Below are positions 13,502 to 24,092 of a DNA stretch of 64,000 nucleotides, in pieces; the first letter of the stretch is position 1, and every line of letters begins with the position of its first letter. The notes below the pieces were generated by a model, which saw only the letters and a program-made list of their open reading frames with translations, was not told the origin of the DNA and searched no databases. Origin of the DNA: Amphiscolops sp. MND2022 (taxonomy: Eukaryota); contig OZ076409.1 in NCBI GenBank assembly GCA_964187785.1, positions 40,798,001 through 40,862,000 on the forward strand. The letters are read 5' to 3'. Both the position numbers and the translations under genes were made by a program.

Positions 13502-13745
13502 TGTTATTCTAACTATCTAATTCTTTTCTAACTAACTAATTTCTAAGTATTGGGATTTAAGAGAATATCTATAGTTCAGTGACTATATCGTAGATAATAT
13601 TTTGTATATAATGAAGTATCTAATTTAATATAGATTGAGTATGTTTATCAATAACGTCAGTTATGCTAGACAGTTTTGACAGTTTGTGAACCGGAACTAG
13701 GTAGAGGTCAGGAACCGGAATGAACCGAATATGACAAGAATAACG
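13502..13745. mobile_element. Possible small solo LTR
   Basis: TGTTATTCT ... AGAATAACG near-inverted termini; flanks TTTGA/TCTAA only a partial match. Confidence 0.3.
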
Positions 13746-14284
13746 TCTAAAATTACCAAAGTAGCTCTCGAGCTGAAAAATACGTCTACAAACAATTTTG
13801 GATTTTTCGCTATTTGGGGTCAATTGAAATCAATTTTGGTTTTTTTTGTTAATCACTCTCTCTTGAAAACTCCATGTATCTCTACAAGGACGTATCCTAC
13901 GAAACAAAATTTCTGGTAGTTGAATTCTGTAGAGGAATATCTATCATACTTCAGGTAGAAGTTCCACAGTTCTTTCGGGTTGTCTGATAGGTTTTTCTGA
14001 ACTCAGTGATGAAACTGAAATGCTACCGCTGTTGTAAATCTAAAAGTTTTCAGTTATCATTCTCTGTTTTTGTTGTTTTTTTCAATGCCATTTGTTCAGC
14101 TGAAATGGAAATTGAAAACTAACGGAATTGATTTTTCATTCGCTGAAAACTGAAATAATGCTGCATTCAACTACCACAATAAAAAATTTTCTACTCACAT
14201 TTTTTCAAACACAATTTTTCATCAAAGGATTGTTTAAATGACTTCTCTAGTAGCATCAATGTAAAGCAAAAAGTAGTTAAAGCA

Positions 14285-16840
14285 TTGATGTTAGCGATGG
14301 AAAAATTTGAATTTGAAGAGAAAGATTCGACAGTTGGAAAGAAAAACAAGAATATAACATTCCTAATGGCATTCAAAAGATGCAGGACCAAGCCTTGTGA
14401 TCCAAATACTGAGTTCCGGACCCATTCAAAGTCACCCGTGGGAAAGAAGCAAAGTCCTGTAGGAAAGCAAAACCCAGTGATTTCCAAGAAAATCCAGATG
14501 TTACTCGTCACACGCAATTTTGGAAATGGAATCACACCACACCTGTTCAACAATTCTTCAGCTTTATTTCTACTCTGGCTAATTGCTTATTTTTCATTTT
14601 TTGCTATTCTAATCCTGCAAACCTCCATGACTCTGGTTGACTACATGTCACATCCGGTGACTGTCGAAATAACCCTGGAAACAGGCGCAGCAGAATTGGA
14701 GTTTCCGGCCGTGGCATTGTGCAATAACAACGTGGTCAAAAAAAGCTTCATTTCACGTATTACTTTTATGCGTAGCTTGGCGCTTCTCGATGAATTCGCG
14801 TGGGTCAATTTTGATCGAATGGAAGCGTCCGTTTATAAGCCTAAACTAAATAAGGAATGTGAATCGCTTGGCATGTTCAGCTGTATCGATGGCTCAAACC
14901 GATGCATCCCTAACGAATGGAAATGCAACAACCGCACTGAATGCTACGAAGGGTTCGACGAAGACAAAGTCATATGTCTTGGCGAAAAACCTAAATACTC
15001 TGCAGGCCAAATTTGTATCAAAGGATATGATCTATGCCCTGGAGAAATCACATGTGCAAAATACTGCGATGGAAACAAAGAATGTGTCTTGTATCCAGGG
15101 TTTGACGAAAGCGAAGAGGGCGGATGCAACAATACATGTATCAAAACCCTCAAAGCTACCTCAGAAGAGCAGGTGCTCCAGTCTTTGAACTATCCGGAAA
15201 ACTATCCGGACTTTCTGGACTGTGAGTATGAAATAAATGCACCTGTAGGGAAAAGAATTCAAATCGAGTTCGAAGATTTCTATTTGGAGAACGACACCAG
15301 TTGTGTTCTTGATTACGTCATGATTCAAGATGGCCATGCCTCGCCTGCGACTTATCTCAAGTTTGGTTTGAGGACCAAGATTTGCGGAAACTTGCCAAAA
15401 ATTGAAGCTGTTAATTCCACAAACAACGTTGTCGTTATTATTTTTCACACGGACTCTGTCATAAATGAACGAGGATGGTCGTTGAAATACAAGATTTATC
15501 CTTCCGATACATCAATTGAATCTCGGAATAAAAGAAGCTCCGATTATGACTATTATTACTATGATTATGATTATACTTATGATTATGATTATTATTCGGA
15601 CTACGATTACAAACTTCCTACAGTAAGTCCTGAAGATTATGCGTTTAATTACAATTATTATGAATTCTCGACATTCCAAGAAATTGATCGCTATAACTGG
15701 TTTGCAGCTTATGAGAAGTCAAACATGCCTGACTTCTCAGACTTCAAAAATTTTGTCAAATTTGAGCAAATTGAAATAATTGGCAATGGACATCAAAAGT
15801 CAGACTTCATAGTGCAATGTGTGTTCAACGGTGAGTTTTGCGAGCCATCGCACTTTGAGACAGTTCAAACTCCTTTATATGGAAACTGCTTTTTATTCAA
15901 TACTGTGGTAAAACCACAGGCCTCAAAAAACGGCTCCGTTGGAACGCCAAGGCACACGTCGAAAATGGGCTCACAATATGGTCTCAAATTGTCGCTGTTT
16001 CTGGATAAAGATGAGTATATAGGAATTCTGGGTCAAAATTCCGGTGCCCGAATATCTCTTTTCAATTCCAAGGAAGCCCCACCTATCGATATCAAAGGTT
16101 TGTACATAAGTGCAGGAACGGCGACAATTCTCTCTCTAAAACAGGAAGCCGTGAAACGAGAAACTGACCCGTTTACAGAATGCGCTGAAGCATGGCCTCA
16201 GTTTTTGCAACTTTCGGAAGGTTATCTATCGTACGATTATACCCAAGAGTACTGTCGTCATTTGTGCATTATGCGGGAACTTGCGCTGAGATGTAAGTGT
16301 ACTGATACGTTTGATTGGGACTTTCCAGCAAGCAATGACCTTCGAAATTTGACCCGCATCCAGTGTGATGTTTGGAATGCGACCCAAGTTGCATGCGTCA
16401 CAGAAACTAGAGATGATTTCACAAGTAACAGAAGGACATGCGATTGCCCCGTGCCTTGCACCGAAAGAAACCTTCGCATCGAGCGCTCTACCACTGAATG
16501 GCCAACAGAACCTTACGCCCCGTATTTTGCATCCCTCATGCTTCGGTCGACTTCGAAACGGGTCCAAGGTTTTATCAATGACGCAGTGAAAGACAAAAAG
16601 ATTCAAGAGAAAGCGGATTTGGTGAATCTGATCAAGAAGAACTTTGCTCGTGTGGAAATCAATTTCGAGGAACTCAAGTACACAGCAGTTAAAGAGACGC
16701 CAAAGTATAACATTTCGACGTTATTTGGAACTTTGGGCGGAAATCTAGGGCTGTGGCTTGGCTGGAGTATTCTTTCAGTATTCGAAATACTCGAATGGAT
16801 ATACAAACTTATCGTCATTTTGACTATTCGAAGAAGATGA
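14285..16840 (+). CDS. DEG/ENaC-family sodium channel subunit with inserted LDLa x2 and CUB domains (851 aa, single-exon CDS)
   Basis: TM1 (ALFLLWLIAYFSFFAILILQ), FPAVALCNNN, YGNCFLFN, GLKLSL, Cys-rich thumb (C-x3-C...CDCPVPC), TM2 LFGTLGGNLGLWLGWSILSVFEILE; LDLa repeats ~14858-14977 and ~15014-15127; CUB ~15137-15499 (SLNYPENYP, C.LDYVMIQDG, FHTDSV...GWSLKY). Confidence 0.95.
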   Translation: MMLAMEKFEFEEKDSTVGKKNKNITFLMAFKRCRTKPCDPNTEFRTHSKSPVGKKQSPVGKQNPVISKKIQMLLVTRNFGNGITPHLFNNSSALFLLWLIAYFSFFAILILQTSMTLVDYMSHPVTVEITLETGAAELEFPAVALCNNNVVKKSFISRITFMRSLALLDEFAWVNFDRMEASVYKPKLNKECESLGMFSCIDGSNRCIPNEWKCNNRTECYEGFDEDKVICLGEKPKYSAGQICIKGYDLCPGEITCAKYCDGNKECVLYPGFDESEEGGCNNTCIKTLKATSEEQVLQSLNYPENYPDFLDCEYEINAPVGKRIQIEFEDFYLENDTSCVLDYVMIQDGHASPATYLKFGLRTKICGNLPKIEAVNSTNNVVVIIFHTDSVINERGWSLKYKIYPSDTSIESRNKRSSDYDYYYYDYDYTYDYDYYSDYDYKLPTVSPEDYAFNYNYYEFSTFQEIDRYNWFAAYEKSNMPDFSDFKNFVKFEQIEIIGNGHQKSDFIVQCVFNGEFCEPSHFETVQTPLYGNCFLFNTVVKPQASKNGSVGTPRHTSKMGSQYGLKLSLFLDKDEYIGILGQNSGARISLFNSKEAPPIDIKGLYISAGTATILSLKQEAVKRETDPFTECAEAWPQFLQLSEGYLSYDYTQEYCRHLCIMRELALRCKCTDTFDWDFPASNDLRNLTRIQCDVWNATQVACVTETRDDFTSNRRTCDCPVPCTERNLRIERSTTEWPTEPYAPYFASLMLRSTSKRVQGFINDAVKDKKIQEKADLVNLIKKNFARVEINFEELKYTAVKETPKYNISTLFGTLGGNLGLWLGWSILSVFEILEWIYKLIVILTIRRR

Positions 16841-17307
16841 GAAACTTGGTGACATGGTAGAGCAACGTTTTCGTTTGTCAAGATAGAATGACAAAACAAA
16901 GTTTTACAGAACCTCTTGCTAGTAATGCTATCAAATACCATGCTAGTAGAACTATCATTAAATTTCAATTCAGTAGTAACTCGTACTTTCTTGAATAGTT
17001 TTATATTTCAGTTTGATTCTTGAGTTAAAGAATAATAGTTGTTTTACTATGTTTTTTCGCAATGCCATTTTTTAAAGGTTTCTGTAAAAGTCTGAAAAAG
17101 ACAGCTTCTGATATGTTGTGAAAAAATCTTCTAACATCTTATAACAACGAACAAGCACATATTTCTCAAGGCTCTCAGCCAGAGCCAATTGTCATTGAAT
17201 CTTATGCGTAATCTTGTCTATAGCAAATTACCACTTCCCAGAACAAAGTTTGTTAATAACATCATACCAAGAGCTTGCCCGTCATATCCCCCAACGCTGG
17301 AATCTCA

Positions 17308-18333
17308 GATCCTCCAGTGTGCCGAATTTCTTGAGCTGCTTCAGCTGCTTTTTTGACGAAACCCACCTGCAGGTCTTCTAACCAATATTTTAAACTATGG
17401 GTTTTCTTTTCCCTTCAGAGCCAAAAAGTTCTCGGCTTCCATCATCAAGGGGTTGTTGCAATTTACACATGAAGGAGCACGATCTAGAGCTGGGCGGATG
17501 CGTTGCTTGTATAAACACTAGACCTTTGTCCTACAGAGACCTTAACATTAGTTTTTCATACGTCCAGGATGTTTCTTATATTAGAACTCCGGACGACATG
17601 CCGACACATTCAAAAACCGGACGAGTCCTTCGAGCACCTAAAAATGATTCCTAACGTTCGTAAGTGTTCCTACTACAATTCCGTTGTTGTCTGAGTATCG
17701 AATTTTGGCTGCTTACAGTAACAAGCCGGGAACAGCCAAAGTCGGCGCTATATCTAAGGCTCAAAATTATAAAAAGAGGGGACCCTTTGGGCTTTGTGAA
17801 ACTCCAGTTGGTTGCAAAATATGAAAAAAAAATCAAAGGGGGACCTTTGGGAGATCTTAAAAAAACTTGAGTTTGGGAGATCAAAATGAGATTTTTGAAC
17901 AGTGTTACAGTGCCGAAAAATGTAAAAGGGGGACCCTTTGGGGTTTTTTGAGATCCATTGTGTTGTAAAATATCGAAACAAACGAAAGGGAGACCCTTCG
18001 GTGGAATCCAAAAAACTTCAAAAAATGTCGCATTGTGCCGAAAAAAATCCGAGTTAAAATCACTAAGGGTGGTCCTACGTTTTCGAAGTTCTGAACGAGA
18101 ATGCCAAGAGTAAGATAAATTTCCAGTTCCAGGGTGACATCGGAATAGTATCTAAAATGCGGGATAAGATCTAAAACTGCCGAAACTAGCGCTCGAGCAA
18201 GCTAAAACCAGTGAAAAAACATCAAAGGGAGAAGAAAACCCATAGTTTTAAATATTGGTTAGAAGACCTGCAGGTGACGTTTCGTCAAAAAAGCAGCTGA
18301 AGCAGCTCAAGAAATTCGGTAGAGTGGAGGATC
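17308..18333. mobile_element. MITE-like element with ~110-bp terminal inverted repeats
   Basis: 17308-17418 (GATCCTCC...GAATTTCTTGAGCTGCTTCAGCTGCTTTTTTGACGAAA...CTGCAGGTCTTCTAACCAATATT) is the reverse complement of ~18224-18333; no clear TSD. Confidence 0.7.
17720..18080 (-). mobile_element. Truncated HINE nested in the MITE
   Basis: AACAAGCCGGGAACAGCCAAAGTCGGCGCTATATCTAAGGCTCAAAA reverse 3' end plus internal AAAGGGGGACCCTTT repeats. Confidence 0.65.
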
Positions 18334-18399
18334 ATGAATATCATTGTATGTCTGTTTCTTCATCCGCATCATGGTATGTATGTTTCTTCATCACCGCTA

Positions 18400-18939
18400 T
18401 TAGTCGGCGCTTCATGAAGTGAAACGCGACTATTATAGTGACTCTTTTTTTTCAATCCACACGAACTGTGTCAAATGGAACCATTTTGCCCACCGAACTG
18501 AACCAAAAATGTTTTTCCAGTTTTTCCAGTAACATACAGTACCGGGCGAGACTGAAGGGGCCCCCTTTCAGTTTTCTTCGGCATTGTGAAACTTTTTTTC
18601 GAATTTTTTTACCTCAAATAATCCCGTCAATTTTTGGATGCATGGCGACAGAAAGGATGTTGAAAAATCCCAAAGGGTCCCCCAATTCAGTTTTTCGGCA
18701 TTGTGAGTTTTTCGGCATTCAGTTTTTCGATTTTTTAATGTTTTGCAACAATGGATGTTAAAAAGTCCGAAAGGGTCCCCTTTTAGCGCGCCGGGGGACC
18801 GCTAGCAGGCCTCGGCGCGCCAATTTGCTTCAACTTTTCGGTTTTTTGGGTACTGTAAAGGAATACTTGACACTTTGAAGTCATTTTGCTATTTTTGAGC
18901 CTCAGATATGGCGCCGACAGATGCCGTTCCCGGCTTGTT
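18400..18939 (+). mobile_element. HINE-like element (complete)
   Basis: TTAGTCGGCGCTTCATGAAGTGAAACGCGACTA 5' hairpin; 3' GGCGCCGAC...TTCCCGGCTTGTT. Confidence 0.7.
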
Positions 18940-20996
18940 TTTTGTATCGAAGTTATGGCTACATAATACTTAATTTTTTTGGTTCTGATTTATTTTTTCA
19001 CTGTGGTTGACATCATACATAGGGCTACATTTTAGTAAACGGTTTTCTTCGGAAAAAATGACCGAAAATTGTTTTTCAAAAATGAATTTTTTGTATTCCA
19101 ATTGGGGAGAAGAATTGTGTTCCCGAGTCTTATGCGCATTCCTTGGGATATTTTTCTGCACTGAGAGATTAGTAAAAGTTTGAAAATAGTGTCCTCTGCA
19201 TATTTAACAAACTTGAGCGGGGTGCCGACTTGGACCGGTCCCGGTTTGTTAATGTTTGCTTTGGTCAAAATGTTTTCGTGTTTTCAGCGTGCTCCCATTC
19301 TATACAACTGGATGCTTAAGCGAGAGTTGAAGAAAATCACTAGCCACCGTATGAGTCTGCTTTTTTTCTTCAACAAAGCGTCGACTAAAAATGTTATGTA
19401 ATTTGAAATTCTATAGTCGATCAGAAACAATAGTTTTTTACCCTTTGAGTGTGATTTATTCTTAAGAAATCGTTGAAACTTTCCTATAAGGTAGAGTTTA
19501 ATAAACGCTCCTTTCCTTTCAGCATCTAAATTATGAACGGAAACAGTTTAAGTTCACATTTTTCCATTTTTCGAGGAATTGTTGTTTTGTTGTTTGTAGT
19601 TTCATTAAATTTCACCATTCAAATGTATTGAATGCGACAGGCTAATTTCTTTTAGTCCTTGTAAAACACTTGAAAACAGCGAATAAAGAAGTAACATATT
19701 AAAACAACATATGCCGGTTTATCTTGCAACCTACAGAATATCTTATTATCTTCATCAATAACCTTGGTGCCTACCAGAGTATGTGCGACATTAAGGCTGA
19801 ATAAAGATGGTTCGAACAAACATGAATTTTCAATTTTAAATCGAGCTGATGTTGTTTTTTGAGACGTAATGCCTTCACATAACTTTGAATATTACCCTAG
19901 TAAAAACTGTAGGAACTTTTTAAATGATGGAGACTGAAATGTCGAAAATTCAGCAAACTTCGGATGGTAAATCATGTAGAATTACACTGCATTTTTTCCA
20001 CTGCGATTAATATTGAAAATAAATTCTCATTTATTACCGACACGATCACTTTGCATTCATACATAGTTGTTTTCTCAACTACCCATCTGATGTGATCACT
20101 GCTTCGCAAATAGCCCACTAAACACGACACTATTTTGCAGTTTGAACCGCGACTGAATTATTTTGCATTAAATTAGCGGTAAAAGTGATAACAACTACCT
20201 ATTTGCTTTTAAAGTTATAGCTGCTGCCTAATTAAACTTGCAAAACTTCAAGGCTTGAAAATGTCGCCAAAATTTTGATGAATCTTTCAAGCATTTTGAT
20301 AAAACTTGAATACAATAGGAAATATTTTCGCATAAAAGTTTCCGTAAAAGTTTTCGAAAATCATAAGTTGCCGCTTCGAAAATCAACATTAAAGTACATG
20401 CAAAAAGTTCAAATAAATTCAACAAGGGTATCCAATCTCGAAAGCTTTTTATTTGGAAAAAAGACAATAAATACATACTGCTCATTATAACTAACAAAAC
20501 ACTTGAAGTAAATTATCTTTTCGTCGAAAATGTTCCGGAAAAATGACGACACTAAATATAACATTCATGAGGTGGAAAAACGAAAATCAAAAAACTTGCA
20601 GACTATTTTTTTAACTCAAAGCATTTTCGAACATCTCACAGTGCCGATAACGTCAAAGGAGAAAGTGAAGAAAAATTTTGGGGAAAATTAGTATCAACAG
20701 AAAAATTTATGATTCGCAACCTTTTTGGTCGCAATATGTCGAAGTAAGATGAGTCATTTTTTTTCCTTTTTGGATATGATCTGTAGTTCTTGGTAGTTGT
20801 ATAATTGTTTTGATAAAAGTTTTGATAAAATCCGATAAAATAACTTTTTCCTTCTTTTATTTCTTCCTTTTCTCCAATTTGCACTGGTCGAAACTAATGT
20901 GCGCAAGAGTCAGAAAATGCTTGAAAAACCAAAAAAAAATGAATTCGAATCAATCAATTAAGATTTAACCTACATTAAATTTGGTATATATATGGA

Positions 20997-21694
20997 TCAA
21001 GTTGCTTTTAGAGCATCAACAAAGATCAATACTTCATGCAGTTTGTTCCAAAAAGCAATCAGACCCAAAGATTGCATGACTGCTTTGATTACTCTGAGAT
21101 TATTTCCGTACAAATCTGCCATTAATTTGAGGATATAAGACACAGTCATCAGCTGATAATTTCTTTGAAAGAGTTTGTTCAAAAATTCTAAGCACTTGTT
21201 GCAATCTGAATTCAAACTTGAGTTAGATTGTATGGAATAAATACAGTCTTCCATACCAACTGCAATTGCGATTTTTGTCCAATCTCGTTCAATTTCGTCC
21301 ATAAAATGGAGAAGCTGCTTTAGAGTGATTCTATTTCCAAAAATGGCAGTTAAATCTTTTTTCTCCAACTCTGTTAGTCTAATAGACTCCTGTAATTCTG
21401 CCCGACCCAATGCGTTTGTCAGTTGAACAACTCTTCCATTTTCTTTCACAAAGCCATCCGATTCCGAGAAAACGGATCTTTCCATGGCCACGTATTGAGC
21501 GTCGGGGATCCTTTGTGACTTGATGTAGGGATCAAATACGAACATATTGTACCTTTCAGCACAACTGAGAAAGGTTCCTTCGTCTTGTATCTCAAAAGCT
21601 TTAGTCTCAGGCGCTGTGAGAAAGTACTGAACGAGCGGGCTAGTTCGTAAAATTTGGTATTCAAGGCCTTCGATTAATTTATCCAGGGTGGCGC
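20997..21694 (-). CDS. Death-domain-containing C-terminal segment (last exon or pseudogene part)
   Basis: Frame is open from ~21694 (after TTTCAG) to the stop at 20997; LLHFMDEIERDWTKIAIAVGM...IYSIQ...KCLEFLNKL...TVSYILKLM fits the death-domain pattern. Confidence 0.55.
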
Positions 21695-21984
21695 CTGAAA
21701 TTACATCCAGATGACGTCATTTTTAGCAGCATGGCTGATATTCCCCTGTAAAACCACAGTGAGCTTTTTGAGTTTAGTCGGTTTTATTTGGAATCTTTGC
21801 GTAACAGCATTTGATACATCCAAATCAACTTGTTGAGAAACAAAATGGCCGAATTATGTCCATGGAAGCTGCAGTTTTCAAAACTCTATTTATAGGTTTG
21901 GACGATTGCGAATGAACACAGCGGGTCTTAACGTTTTTCTAACGGGGTTGACGAGACTAGATCCAGGGTACATTTCCATATTGG

Positions 21985-22390
21985 TTTTAGATCTTATTCC
22001 AGTGATTTTTGAAATTTATTCAGTAATTTTTAGATATTATTCTTGCGATTTATAGATATTTCAGTGGTTCTAGTTCTTAATTCAAGGGTTTTAGATGTTA
22101 TTCCAGTGCTTTTAGATCTTAATCCAGTGATTTTTGAAATATATTCAGTAATTTTTAGATGTTATTCTTGTGATTTATAGATATTCCAGTGAATCTAGTT
22201 CTTATTTCAAGGGTTTTAGATGTTATTCCAGTGCTTTTATAATTCCGTAATTTTTAGGTAAATTCAGTCATTTTTAGTTGTTATTCCGGCGGTGTTAGAA
22301 TTAAATCAGTGATTTTTTATGTTTTTGTAGTGGTTGTAAAGATCATCCAGTAATTTAATTGTTTTGAGTGATTTCTAGATTATTTTTTCA
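21985..22390. repeat. Minisatellite of ~20-bp TTTTAGATCTTATTCCAGTG monomers with a 125-bp higher-order repeat
   Basis: 21985-22109 is repeated at 22110-22234, then degenerates. Confidence 0.8.
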
Positions 22391-22439
22391 TAACTTTTAA
22401 TTTAATGTTTTTCTGATTCTACTTTTTCTCGATATTAAG

Positions 22440-22985
22440 CAGTTCGTAAAATTTTTTTCTTGCCATATTGAGCTTCTTAGTAAAACTTTTCTTGCCATAT
22501 TGGGCTTGCTTCTTAATAAGATTTTTTTCTTGGAAACATGACTGTCTTGATAAGATGTTACCATGACATCTTGCCATTCTTGACAATATCTTGGCACGAT
22601 CTGAGCTAAGATTTTTCCAAGGTCTTGGCAATATCTTGCCAAGATCTTACTAAGATATCCATGGAGGGTCGACCCGGGTTGGCTTGCTAGATTTTTGCAA
22701 GACATGTATTCATTTGCAAGAATCTTACCAAGGTAACCTTACCAAGATAATCGTTTTCGTAAGATTTTTGCAAGAAACTTGCAAGAAAGTATTTTTTAAA
22801 ACTAGGGTAGGCTTCCATAAGCAGCATTCTGTACGCATTGAAGATTTACTGTACATCTATCCTCACCAACACAGATAGAAAAAACATTTTTATGAAAACA
22901 CAGTGCATGCTTGAGCTTTCATCCAAAGTCCACAATGTGAAATATCTTGAAACTCTTGCCAAGAATCTTGCATATTCTGGAAACC
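22440..22985. repeat. CTTG/CAAG-rich periodic repeat (probable foldback relic)
   Basis: Recurrent TCTTGCCAAGA / TTGCAAGA motifs in both orientations. Confidence 0.45.
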
Positions 22986-23044
22986 CGTGCACAACAAAAA
23001 TCTCTTGACGAAGTTAATCAAAGGTATGAAAGCTAAAGTACATT

Positions 23045-23357
23045 TAAATAACATGAATATCATACATTACTCTTTTCAAAGCTGTCAATATGTGATAACT
23101 GAACCTGTTTGGTTAGATTTAATGAGGCGCATGAATTTGGTCGCTCGGTCAGCTGAAAGCTTCTCTACCTCAACTTCCTCCATCTGTTGTTCAGAGATGT
23201 GCCAGTCAACAGACACAAGATAGTTCATCAGAATTGTGAAGTTGATGCTCCGGGCATTTTCCATCAAAAGTTGCAACGATCCATCCACCACAAGTTTGTC
23301 GATCAACTTCATTTCCAAAAATCTGGGCTTTGTCGTTTTATCAACTATAAGGACCAA
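23045..23357 (-). pseudogene. CARD-like domain segment, apparently frameshifted
   Basis: SLQLLMENARSINFTILMNYLVSVDWHISEQQMEEVEVEKLSADRATKFMRLIKSN resembles CARD helices; the expected continuation SYHILTALKR is in a shifted frame at ~23095. Confidence 0.45.
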
Positions 23358-24021
23358 CTGCGGCGTTGGTTAGAAAATTGATTTTCTGCTTATAAATCAA
23401 TAAGTAAGGTCTAAAGACCGGGTATTTTAATGACACGTGTACGCAGAATGACCTTTGGATTAATTCTATCATCAGATTGAGCTGCTTGTAACATGCATCA
23501 GGTAATTTGATTTTATAGAGACGTCTCTGACTGAATTTTGCATGTTTCATGTAAGATAATGCAAAAACATTTCTTATGTTTTTATGCTGCCAGAGAATCT
23601 TGATATTTTCATGTATTAGCTAAATGATGTGAGCCATTGTAAAACTGACACGTCTGATGAAGAATTAGTCTACTTTCAATTACTGTAATTTTAAAGGCCA
23701 TCAAAAATGCGAAAATTGTACAAGAAGAATACGAATGACTTTCTAAAGAATTAAGCTAACCACTACATAGCAAGCGTTCTACGTGTTTCTGCAAGTTTGG
23801 GCATTGGTTAATGTAACTACTGTACTACTGTATACTGCATATAGGCAGTCAAAATTTATTGAACTTCACAATTTTACGATTGCTGTAATCAATTTTCTTG
23901 AACAAGAATTTTCCAGCTTTCATCTGTAAATGCGTCAAATGAGTAAAATATATCGTTTGCTCAAGATGAAGTCAATATAAAAATTTTAGTTTTAAAAATT
24001 GATCTAATATCTTTATTGTTG

Positions 24022-24089
24022 TTTATCGGCAAACATCGTGTTTCCCTGGTTCAATATTGAACCAGGGAAAAACGACGTATGCCGATAAA
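24022..24089. repeat. Near-perfect 68-bp palindrome
   Basis: TTTATCGGCAAACATCGTGTTTCCCTGGTTCAAT|ATTGAACCAGGGAAAAACGACGTATGCCGATAAA. Confidence 0.85.
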
Positions 24090-24092
24090 AAC

